A stretch of DNA of 64,000 bases from Macrostomum hystrix (Eukaryota > Animalia > Platyhelminthes). The stretch is taken from assembly GCA_950097015.1 (NCBI GenBank), contig CATNEN010000003.1:4960001-5024000 (forward strand), given 5' to 3'. Positions 50,101 to 60,600 of this stretch are shown here, in pieces. A program made the position numbers and the translations under genes. Under the pieces are notes generated by a model. It ran no database searches. It saw only the letters and a program-made list of their open reading frames with translations, and had not been told where the DNA came from. Within the stretch, counting starts at the first letter, position 1, and each line of letters starts with the position of its first letter.

Positions 50101-52270
50101 CCTATTCTTTCAGGGCATGCAGTGCAGCAAATGTCAGTGCAGTTGTCATCTAAACTGTCGACAGGCTGTTCAGCTAGGCTGTCCGTATCCTTTGAAGAAT
50201 GCCGTTCCCTATGCCATATCAAACGACTCGGGCAATGGCACTGTTCGAGATGGTATTGTCCGACTGCCAAAGCCTGGCGGCATTCGCAAAGGCTGGACTA
50301 AGCACTTGCTTAGCTTAACCGATCTCAAACTGGTGTTCTTTGAATTCGGTGAGAAGGGCTCGCCAATGATCAATGCGGCCCGAGTGATTGATCTGCGCCA
50401 GCCACAGGTGTCTGTTCAGCCAGTCTCCGAGGACGAAGTCTATCACGCCAAGGTGCGCGATCAGAAGTGCATCTTCCGCATTGGCTACCAGGAAGCTAGC
50501 GGCGGCGATCCCGCTTCCATTTTGGTCCTTGTTGAAACGCCAGAGGAAGCTAAAAAGTGGCAGGTGTGTGTGCAGAATGTGCAGAAGTTTATTGTCGATC
50601 AGAATCTTACCATCTCAAGTTGGCCAGTTGAATGTTTGGAAGCGCTAAGCGGACAGGCTAGTCAGTTAAAGTCGTGCAATGCTGCCGCTCTATTAGATTC
50701 GGATCGATTGTTATTAGGTACCGACGATGGATTATTTGTTGCCGATCTACAGCGCGACACCTTGACTCGCGTTGGTGATAAAAAACGCGTCCAGTGGGTC
50801 CAGGTGTTGCACGAGCTGCAACTAGTCCTAGCTGTTGTTGGCAAGCAGCGTCAATTGAAGCTCTATCCATTAGTGTTGTGCGAAGGCAAGCAGACTGAAG
50901 GCTACGCTGTCCAGGATTGCAAAGCCCTAGCAGCCGATGTTGTCTGCGGTCGCTGCGCTAGCGATGGAAAATACTACGCATTCGCGCTCAGTCGTCGCCA
51001 GCTGTGGGGCCTTGAAATCACATCGGCCAAGTCGCGACACTCGCGAATATTTGAACGCACCCTGCCAGAATCTAGTCAGGCCACTTACACAGCCTGTCAG
51101 CTAGTTGAATGTCAAGGTGAAACAGCCCTGTGCGTGGCTGGACCGCAGACTCTGCTATTGTTAACGCCACGCGGTGACACCATGTGCTCGCCCCCCGAGG
51201 AGCACCAGAAATTGTTGCCATCCGCTGAGCCTCGACTAATTGTGCAGGTGCAGCCAGCCGATCAGGCTTCATCTTCTCCAATCACTGATCCTGCTGATTG
51301 CGAATTACTACTGTGCTATGATCACTGCGGCATCTATGTCACAGCTAGACAGTGTCAGCGTACCCGGCCTCGCGAGGTACTTTGGCCAGCTAAAGCGGCC
51401 GGATTTAGTACACTTACAATTCAGCAACAGCAGCTGCTGACTGTATGCACAGACGCTGGTGCCTTTGTCTACGGCGTCTCCTCTGGTCAGTGGCTGCAAA
51501 CCTTGCCAATTCGTAGAGTTCGCTGTCTTGGCCGTCATCTATCTCTGCTATTAGGCGCCGAAGCTATGAACGTTTATCACGCTTATGCTGGCACTGAGCA
51601 GCCTAAACTTAATCCACCAACCGCCACCGGCCCGACCAGGCCGCAGTCGAAGAAGTTTAGCATTGTCAAACAGATGACAGCCGAGCATGTCAGTGTGCGC
51701 TCTTCGCGAATGATTAGCGGCCCAATGGATTTTAAACACGTGCAGCACATGGGGCCGGATGTGTCCAATGTGAGACTAATCGATCTGCAGCCGGAAGGAG
51801 CCGGCTCGGACCAATCCGAACAGCTTAGCAGAGCTCGCAGTATCTTAGTTGAAAAGTCTAGACAGACTGTGCTAAAGAGTACATCCGATATGCATTCGAG
51901 TCAGAGCTCACTTGTTCAACAGCAACAATATCAGGCTTTTGGTTCAATTTCGATATCTTCTGCTGCTCTTGCTGGAGCCAGCAACAACAGTTCCAGCGGT
52001 GACAGTGTCTCATTGGGTGGCGCTGGTAGCTCTAACTCCAAATCGCAACAGCAGCTATCGTGGAGTCAGCAGCAGCTGAAACAGCAGCAGCAGCAGGAGC
52101 ATAACCAATCGACCCAGTCGCTGCAACAGCAGCAGCAACTACCGGAAGTGTCGCGTTCGCCAAGCTTCGGCGAGTCAATCTTTGCTCAGTTTAATTTGCA
52201 AGGCAAACAGTCGACACCTTCGCTGCAGCAGCAGCAGCAGCAGCACTCTAACAACGATAGCACAGTGTGA
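47103..52270 (+). CDS. MRCK: Myotonic dystrophy kinase-related Cdc42-binding kinase (MRCK / CDC42BP / genghis khan ortholog), 3 exons, ~1570 aa
   Basis: Exons 47103-47366, 47647-47838, 48014-52270. Kinase motifs [58 protein letters not shown]; AGC tail ([15 protein letters not shown]); coiled coils including [17 protein letters not shown]; C1 domain (HEF..CHVC..CSKC..HLNC..C), PH, CNH (LLLGTDDGL) and CRIB ([15 protein letters not shown]). Confidence 0.96.
47450..47522 (-). mobile_element. SINE family A tRNA-like head fragment in MRCK intron 1
   Basis: Reverse complement GGGGGGTCAGTGGCAGAGCGATCTAAAGCGTTTGCCACTCGCACCAAGATCCTAAGCTCGATTC aligns with 40235-40300. Confidence 0.7.
47878..47947 (-). 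mobile_element. SINE family A body fragment in MRCK intron 2
   Basis: Reverse complement GAGGGTTTACATTGCCTGATTATAAGAAAGGTCGAGCAGAGGTACACACTGTGAG resembles 40401-40460. Confidence 0.55.
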
Positions 52271-52618
52271 TTCTAAACGGTTTTCTAGTTTTCTAGTTTA
52301 GTTGCTCACTTGTTACTGAACTATAGCCAGTTGATTAATTATAGTTAATATTATAGTTTCTTAATATTCACGTCACTTTGCACGCCTTCCACGCCAGTCG
52401 GATATAATTGCAAATATAAAGGCGCGCGTTTTGTTTTAATGATTAACTAATCAAATTTATTATCATTCTCGCCGCCTCTTTCATTCTGCCCAAATTTTTG
52501 CTGTTGTACGATATTGTTGTTATTGTCTTTTAGTGTGCTGAACAAGTGTTATTTCCTTTTTTTGTTTTCTGTTTTTGTTTTTGTTTGTCTAGTTAATAAT
52601 TTCAGAAAATGTTTCAGT

Positions 52619-52624
52619 AATAAA
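52619..52624 (+). terminator. Candidate polyadenylation signal (AATAAA) for MRCK
   Basis: ~350 nt after the stop codon, followed by T/GT-rich sequence. Confidence 0.4.
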
Positions 52625-52974
52625 TCATTTTTGCGGTGCAGTTTTTTGTAAAAATTGAGAATCCGGTTTTTATCGTGTTTTTGTTATAAACGCAATACCT
52701 ATATACGGCACTTAAAAGTGCAAAGTCTATACCTGCACAGAATGTGGGTCTGCGTACAATACGCCTTAATATAAGACATTTAGCTTCGTCCTAACTTTGT
52801 TCCATACCATAGTTTCAATCCTCTCGTGTACTTTTAGGGGATGGTATTATTAGAGGCCACATATGTCAATCCATTAAACCCAAGATCGAGTTGAACAAAT
52901 TTGCTGACTAGCTCGCCGATATTATCTTAGAATTCAGAATCATTTTCTCATCTGGTAAGTTTTTGGGTAAAAGA

Positions 52975-53170
52975 GGATTATTGGTTCAGGTAGGAGCGGA
53001 TTATTGGTTCAGGTAGGAGCGGATTGTTGGTTCAGGTAGAAGCGGATTGTTGGTTCAGGTAGGAGCGGATTATTGGTTCAGGTAGGAGCGGATTATTGGT
53101 TCAGGTAGGAGCGGATTATTGGTTCAGGTAGGAGCGGATTGTTGGTTCAGGTAGGAGCGGATGATTAGTT
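52975..53170. repeat. 23-bp minisatellite (TTGGTTCAGGTAGGAGCGGATTA), ~8 units
   Basis: Tandem array. Confidence 0.92.
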
Positions 53171-53186
53171 TGGGTAGAAGTAGATT

Positions 53187-53407
53187 ATTGATTTAGATAA
53201 AGTAGGATTTATAATTGCTAGCCAACGAAGTTATTCTCACACATTCTCAATAATTGTAGAACTTTTTAATAAGAATTGTGAAAAAAATTCACAATTCACT
53301 CAATAATTGATTTAGATAAAGTAGGATTTATAATTGCTAGCCAACGAAGTTATTCTCACACATTCTCAATAATTGTAGAACTTTTTAATAAGAATTGTGA
53401 AAAAAAT
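53187..53407. repeat. ~100-bp exact direct duplication (period 119 bp)
   Basis: ATTGATTTAGATAAAGTAGG..GAATTGTGAAAAAAA at ~53187 and ~53306. Confidence 0.9.
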
Positions 53408-55396
53408 GCGTCAGCGTTTTTCAGAACTTGGCATAAAACCAATTTTGTGAAATCCAAGTTATAATGTTTTCAAAATGTGCTCCCTCTAGTATATTAATAT
53501 ATGCATAAATCCATTTATTTTATAGCAATTTTGTACATTACTCAAGCGTGTGGTTTGGTATTTGTTTGTTGGTATAACTATAAAGAAAAAAAAGCAATAA
53601 AGCTTTTAGATTGTTGGACAATTAGTTTCTTGCTTTTTTTATTTTTTTGCGGTTTTGTAGTACCAGGTATCTTTATATCCCAGACATTGTGTTTGGGGAT
53701 AAGTTTTTGTTAGCTAGTTCACAGTATTCGCCCAGTTTAAAGCGAGAAATACCTACTTACTTTGTTTGTTTAAACGCATGTTTCAAATTATAGACAGTTT
53801 TTTCTGATGTGTTTTTAAAGTTTGGTCGTTTTATTGTAATTTTTAATTTGGTATTTTCAGTTGGACACATTGATTAATTTTTTGTAATACTTTACTGGGA
53901 TCTTATTATAAGGTTATAAAAGAGATTTAACGCTTCGATTTTTGTAGCCATCTTTGCTGTTAATTTTCGATCGGACAGAATGACATGACTTCAGTCTACT
54001 GATATTACTTGCCCTTCCAGTTTTTTTTAATTTACTAATAGCTATTTTATTAGTAATAGTTTTTTCTGCGGAAGATATCTGTGTTAACACTCAATATTTC
54101 TGCTTATTTTTAAGTCAAGTTTTGTGTGTTCCTTTTGGTCGATATCGACGTTCAGAATCGACCCAGTGGAATACATTTCTGGAGGCAATAACATTTCATT
54201 GTTAGTTACTAAAAATGGTACATGATTTTTTTTTTAATATAATCTTTATATAGCCAATTAAAATTTAGCGCTTATAATGTAACGTTTTTTGTTTGTGCAT
54301 ATAATTAGTTTATTTGGCCACATGCTAAATAGTTGTTTGTAATTTTAAAATGATTTTTTCAAGCATGCTTTGTATAATGAATGTATTACTAATACTTCTT
54401 TTTATTAATGTGTAACCCTGCCTATATGAAAACGTGGCTATTTTTAATAATAAGCCTGTACAAGAATAGCCAGCTATTGCTGTAGTCGTCTATATAAGTG
54501 CAGTAGTTGCTGTGCGTTTTTGTTAATCAAAGTTTTTATTGTACTTTAAACTTGTTAATTCACGATTTTGTGCTTAATTTAGATGCTAAATAGTTTAGTT
54601 AGTTGAGTTGCAGTTTCCTTATTATTCCGTCTATCAGCAAATTACTTTTTATTGAAAATTTAAAAGCTGATAAAATATGTGCAGTGTCATTGTTTTGATT
54701 CAATTTTTCTATATCTTTCGATTTTATATTCTAACGTGTTCAAAGAAATGTTAACAAAAAGTCGTGAAACAACTAAAAGGTCTATTGATTTTGACCTTTT
54801 TAAAGTACATATTCGAAGTTTTTATTTAACCAAAATATTTGTCCTGTTATAAGAAAACAAAGCTGCGATTGCTAATTACTCTCTCACAATTAATTCTGCC
54901 AGTTGCGAAATTCGAAATAAAATTATTATTTATGATGATGCTCTAATGCCGATCTAACTCTCTCAGTCTCCACTCTCTCTCTCCGGTTTTCTCCTCTCAA
55001 TTCTTCTTGCTAAATTGTCGATTTATAAACAACAGTTTGTCTTCATTTTATACTTTTTTTTCGTTTATCTTCTTAGTAGCTTTTATCAGTTGTTGAGAAA
55101 TAAAAAAGTGTATTAAATTGAAAAAAAACTTCGCATTTTGTTTTGTTAGTGGCAATAATTTTGTGCGAAGAAAAGCTACATAACGGCAAGACTGTTTTCA
55201 GATTTAGAATTCTCAGACAATTCTCAGGTGTCATCAGTTACCTGATCTACTGAAAAAACAATTATTTAAAACCGCAAATCAATTTAGGACGGACTTTTCT
55301 CCCTAAAGAAAACTGGACGATAGACACTAATGATACTTTTATACTAGAGTTTTTAAGCAGGTTAAGTTAAATCAAAATGTACGTCAGAGTAGCGAC

Positions 55397-55951
55397 TTAT
55401 TTATCCACTTTCTGTGCCGTCTTCTTGCCGTCGATGTAAACTTCGTAATAGACTACGGTAGCCGCTTCTGGTCCTTTGGTTTTGGTTACGCCGCTAGGAT
55501 TCTTGGCTGCTCTGGCTGCTTTGACAGCCTCCTTAGCTTGATCCACCATTCGATTGATTTCGATCGATTCTTCCAGTGTAATTTCTTCGCTATCGTCGTC
55601 GGCTACAATGACCATACCGATTCGATTCTTGCCAGCAATCCAACGCGTCCCCAGAGTGGACACAGCTAGGCCCAGTGTGCACAGGCCCACGGCTAGGAAC
55701 GCACCGATTCTTAGGCTATTAGTAAACTCTCGAGCTGCCGCGCCTATGTAGGGCGAGTGTACCGTCAAGGAGATGATGATGATTGCTATTAGGGCCACTA
55801 GCATTGCTAATGAGCTCATTAGCATTAGAACCTGGCAGGCATAATATAATGTCTTGTCCCGACGACTAAAATGCTTCAGATTGGATCCGAATAGAAAGAA
55901 TACCATGCTGCGCTCTGAAATTCCGGAGTTGGGGTGGCTGAAAGTTTTCAT
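55397..55951 (-). CDS. Uncharacterised ~184-aa protein with two predicted transmembrane helices and a charged C-terminal tail
   Basis: GC-richer ORF in AT-rich surroundings, ATG at 55951. Hydrophobic segments VLMLMSSLAMLVALIAIIIISL and IGAFLAVGLCTLGLAVSTLG. A canonical minus-strand 5'UTR intron (AAG|GTAAGT at 56092 to TTCACTTCATGTAG at 55986) lies just upstream. No family recognised. Confidence 0.65.
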   Translation of the reverse strand: MKTFSHPNSGISERSMVFFLFGSNLKHFSRRDKTLYYACQVLMLMSSLAMLVALIAIIIISLTVHSPYIGAAAREFTNSLRIGAFLAVGLCTLGLAVSTLGTRWIAGKNRIGMVIVADDDSEEITLEESIEINRMVDQAKEAVKAARAAKNPSGVTKTKGPEAATVVYYEVYIDGKKTAQKVDK

Positions 55952-56641
55952 TATTAGACAACACCAATCTAGCTTCCACACTTAACTACATGAAGTGAAA
56001 GCCACTCATTCATCATTCACAGATTTCTCTAGTGTGGTATAGTAGCTAAAGTCAAGTGCCCTGCTGTCTACAGTTGCTTGTTGAAGACTTACCTTTGTTT
56101 AACTTCGTGTCCAACTTATCAAGAGACGCAGAAGAATGCTAGCAACTTATTTTGCTTGACTTGGAATGAAGAAATAGACTAAAGAAGAAACTATGTTCCT
56201 TTAAATAGGAAATCGCTGAGAGCATGGGAGCGAGCTTGGGTAGAAAAATTCGAACTAGACGAAGCCGATGAAGCTTCCCATTCTCTCTCCTAGTAGATAC
56301 TATTCCGCTGCACACCTGGAGACGCATACCCTGTGATTAGTGCTCAGTCCTCCTCCGCATGGCTTTCGTTCCCCCCCTGTTCGCGTCCCTCAAGCAAGAG
56401 ATTTCACGAACTTCACCCTCACCCAAGCCGCCAGGTTGTTCAATGTGCGGTCCTTGAACTAGAGGGATAGGGAGATGAGGAATAGAAAGTCAATCCTATC
56501 CGCTACAAGCTCTCTTCCCTCACCTGTCACACTCTATCCTCCCATACTGTCTTCCTTCTCCCGTGATTAGTAGTCTCGAGCATTCGACTCAGGATTCGAA
56601 ATCGAATCCTAAAATCGCAGCAATGGCACACCGTCCCGTTA

Positions 56642-56670
56642 GTTGTCAATAGCAACCGGGGAGGTTGCTA
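56642..56670. promoter_or_regulatory. Candidate RFX X-box (GTTGTCAATAGCAAC) plus an inverted half-site (GGTTGCTA) in the divergent intergenic region
   Basis: Close match to the GTNRCC-N0-3-RGYAAC consensus; lies between the head-to-head TM gene and PK gene. Confidence 0.45.
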
Positions 56671-57302
56671 GCCGCAGAGAGACAGACAGCACACAGCGGA
56701 TGAAAGATAATTAACTGGCTAGCTGATGAGAAATCCTACTGACGGAAAGGTGGCCCTGCACAGAATTCTCCACGCATGACGAATTCAATTTTTCCTGTTT
56801 TCCCCAAGAGAGATTTAACCTGCAGCTGTATAGTTTGCCATTCAATTGGGATGCAAGGAACTAAATAGCTTCCTCTGGTCTAACTTCAATTGCCTTGCTC
56901 GTATACATTTAAAACAAGCGATTTCCTTAAATTGCAGTTTTTTCCCTTTGCTATTCCATGCTTATGGCTGCTGTATGGGGAGTTAAATAGACTAACATAA
57001 TAGCGTCATTCGTTCCCTATTCGATGGTCACACTGTGAAGCTGGCGCCATTTTCCAAATCTACGCTTTTCCGCGTCCCAAGGGTATTTCGGGATTTGGAG
57101 TTTGTTAAAGGAAGCGAAGAGGAAAAGCGTATTTCTAGCGGCTCCCTGGGATTCTCTTTTAGCCTTGGGTTTTCCTTTTTCCCGCCCAATTTCCTTGCAA
57201 TATCTCGACGCTGTTATATTTTTTCGCTTCAAGCGGCCTCTCATTAGTGTAGCTTCCCGAAACGTTAACGAAAGTGACCGGGGCATTATCTGCCTACTTT
57301 TT

Positions 57303-57518
57303 CTTCCTCATTTCCCATATGATTTTTTAAGTCCCTAGACTATTTTCCCCAGTCAAACCTCCTCATTTCTCATATGATGTTTTAAGTCCCTAGACTATTT
57401 TCCCCAGACAAACCTCCTCATTTCCCATATGATTTTTTAAGTCCCTAGACTATTTTCTCCCCAGACAAACCTCCTCATTTCCCATATGATTTTTAAGTCC
57501 CTAGACTATTTTCCCCAG
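57303..57518. repeat. ~55-bp tandem repeat, ~4 units, upstream of PK exon 1
   Basis: CCTCATTTCCCATATGATTTTTTAAGTCCCTAGACTATTTTCCCCAGACAAACCT units. Confidence 0.9.
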
Positions 57519-57661
57519 AAAAATCGAAGGTGTATTATTTAATTAACGCACAATTTAATTATGATAATTACTTCCAACTATGATATTATTCGCTTCAAAA
57601 TTTCAGTTGCAGAAAATTGCAATAAAGCTAATTATCTTCTAAAAAGCGGAATAAACAGGCA

Positions 57662-60600
57662 ATGCAGCACGACGATTCTAGCCAGGCTTTTGAATTCGGC
57701 GGCGTCCAACTGACGCTGCCAACGCCGACACTTCAGAAGGTGTCAAGGTAAAATAATGCTTTTGGTTACTAAATTAATTATTTTTAATTGTACACTAATT
57801 ACATGACGAGGAACTTCGCTTTGATATTTTAGGCATAGTTACTCTAACCGTTCACCCGATAGTTTATCCTTTGTATAGTCACTTGTCCAATCAGCATTCG
57901 ATCGGTTTTTTGTCTAGTCAAGCTGTAAAGGATATTTTTCCCCTCAAACCATGACTAGTCATATTTGAATAATTATAGCTAGCTAGTGTGTACAGCTAGG
58001 TGGGGTCTAGCTAAGTCCTGATAACTTGGCTTCTTAAAAAATCACGCTGCTAAACTGATGCGAAAAAGTGCAAACCAGCGGTGTCTGTTTTTTACAATAC
58101 GCTGAAGCTCGTTACTAGCTGAAAAAAACGATACGGTTTAGAAGACTTTAGAACAGACACCATATACTAGTTATAGGGTTGGTGACTCACACACTGTTAT
58201 TGGGAGACGCATGGTAACTGGTTTGCACTTTTTCTGACGTTACATAGTTTTTAATGGCAATGTAAAAACTAGGACGATGAGTAAGTATATGGCAGTTATT
58301 TTATAAGACTTACGTAAGATACGTGTGTAATTGTAGTAGATAAATTAGTATATTTATATCAACTCTTGTAATATATTGTCGCGACGGATTGGGACGACTC
58401 TTAACGGAATTAGGACGATTAATGAGGGATTGAGACGATGCTCATGAAAGGATTAAGATAATTATAAAAAGATTAAGCCGATTCTCGAGAAGTTAGGACG
58501 ATTCTTAAAGAATTCAGACGATTCCCAAGAAATTAGAATGTTTCTCGAGAAATTAGAACGATTCTCGAGAAATTAGGACGATTCTCAAAAAATTCGGACG
58601 ATTCTCGAAAATTAGGACGAGTCTCGAAGAACTCAGACGATTCCCGAGAAATTAGGAAGATTATCGAGAAATTAGGACGATTCTCAAAGAATTAAGACGA
58701 TTCCCAAGAAATTAGGAAGATTCTAGAGAAATTAGGACGATTTTAAAGAATTAAGACGATTCCCAAGAAATTAGGAAGATTCTCGAGAAATTAGGAAGAT
58801 TCTCGAGAAATTAGGACGATTTTTAAAGAACTAAGACGATTCTCGAAGAATTAAGACGATTCCAAAGAAATTAGGAAGATTTTCGAGAAATTAGGAAGAT
58901 TCTCGAAAAATTAGGACGATTCCCGGGGAATTAAGATGGTTCTCTAGGATCAAGGACGATTTCCTAGGAATTTGGACGATTTTCAAAGAATTAAGACGAT
59001 TCTCGAAAAACTAAGACGATTCCTGAGAGATTGAGAGGATTCTCAATGAATTTAGGCGAGACCTGAATAGTTAGGACGATTCTGGAATACTTGGGACGAT
59101 TTTTGTGAGATTAGGAAGTTTTTCATTTCAAGACGATTCTCAAGAGATTGAGACCATTGGGTCGACTCTCGAGGGTTTGGGAGGTTTGTCGAATGATTGG
59201 GACGATTCCTTATGGATTTGGACGATTCCATATGGTTGGGACGATTCCTTGTGGATTGAGACGATTCCATATGTATTGGGACGATTCCTTGTGGATTGAG
59301 ACGATTCTTTATGAATTGAGACGATTCCTTTTGAATGAGACGATTCCTTATGGATTGGGACGATTCCATATGGATTGAGACGATTCTTTATGAATTGAGA
59401 CGATTCCTTATGGATTGAGACGATTCCTTATGAATTGAGACGATTCCATATGGATTGAGACGATTCCTTATGGATTGGGACGATTCCATATGGATTGGGA
59501 CGATTCCATATGGATTGGGACGATTCCTTATGGATTGGGACAATTCCTTATGGATTGAGACGATTCCTTATGGATTGGGACGATTCCATATGGATTGAAA
59601 CGATTCCTTATGGATTGGGACGATTCCATATGGATTGAGACGATTCCTTATGGATTTGGACGATTCCATATGGTTGGGACGATTCCTTGTGGATTTGGAC
59701 GATTCCATATGGATTGAGACGATTCCTTATAGATTTGGACGATTCCATATGGTTGGGACGATTCCTTGTGGATTGAGACGATTCTTTATGAATTGAGACG
59801 ATTCCTTATGGATTGAGACGATTCATTATGAATTGAGACGATTCCTTATGAATTGAGACGATTCCTTATGGATTGAGACGATTCCTTGTGGATTGAGACG
59901 ATTCTTTATGAATTGAGACGATTCCTTATGAATTGAGACGATTCCTTATGAATTGAGACGATTTCTTATGGATTGAGACGATTCCTTATGGATTGGGACG
60001 ATTCCTTATGGATTGAGACGATTCTTAAAAGTCGGATTTTTTAATTCAAATAATTGTGTCTGAAGAAAATTCTGACAGAAAGAGATATTGAAAACATCCT
60101 CTAATTCCTTACTCATCTACCCAATTAAAATGCTCGCAGCACACTGCCCGGATACTACCGCATGAACACTCAGTCGCGTATCATGCACAGCCGGGAGACT
60201 CAACTTAATCACGTCTGCGGACTGGACATCGACAATTTGCCTATCTACCCACGAGTTACTGGCATCATGTGTACTCTGGGTGAGGGCCTGCTATCGCTCT
60301 ATGTTTAAATGCCTTTTGAGAATTCAATAAGTGAAATAACGTTCGGATTTAGAATATTGGACGTTGGCTGAGAATGGGCAAATTAAAAGTGGATAGAATG
60401 TTGTGATAGTCAAGGAGAATTATAGATTGTGAAGGGAATAATTGTAAAATGTGTTAGGGAGAATCGGCAGACAGACAGGGTTAGAATCAGCAGATAGACG
60501 GGGTTAAGAATCGGCAGATAGACGGGGTTAGAATCGGCAGATAGACGGGGTTAGAATCGGTAGATAGACGGGGTTATAATCGGCAGATAGACGGGGTTAG

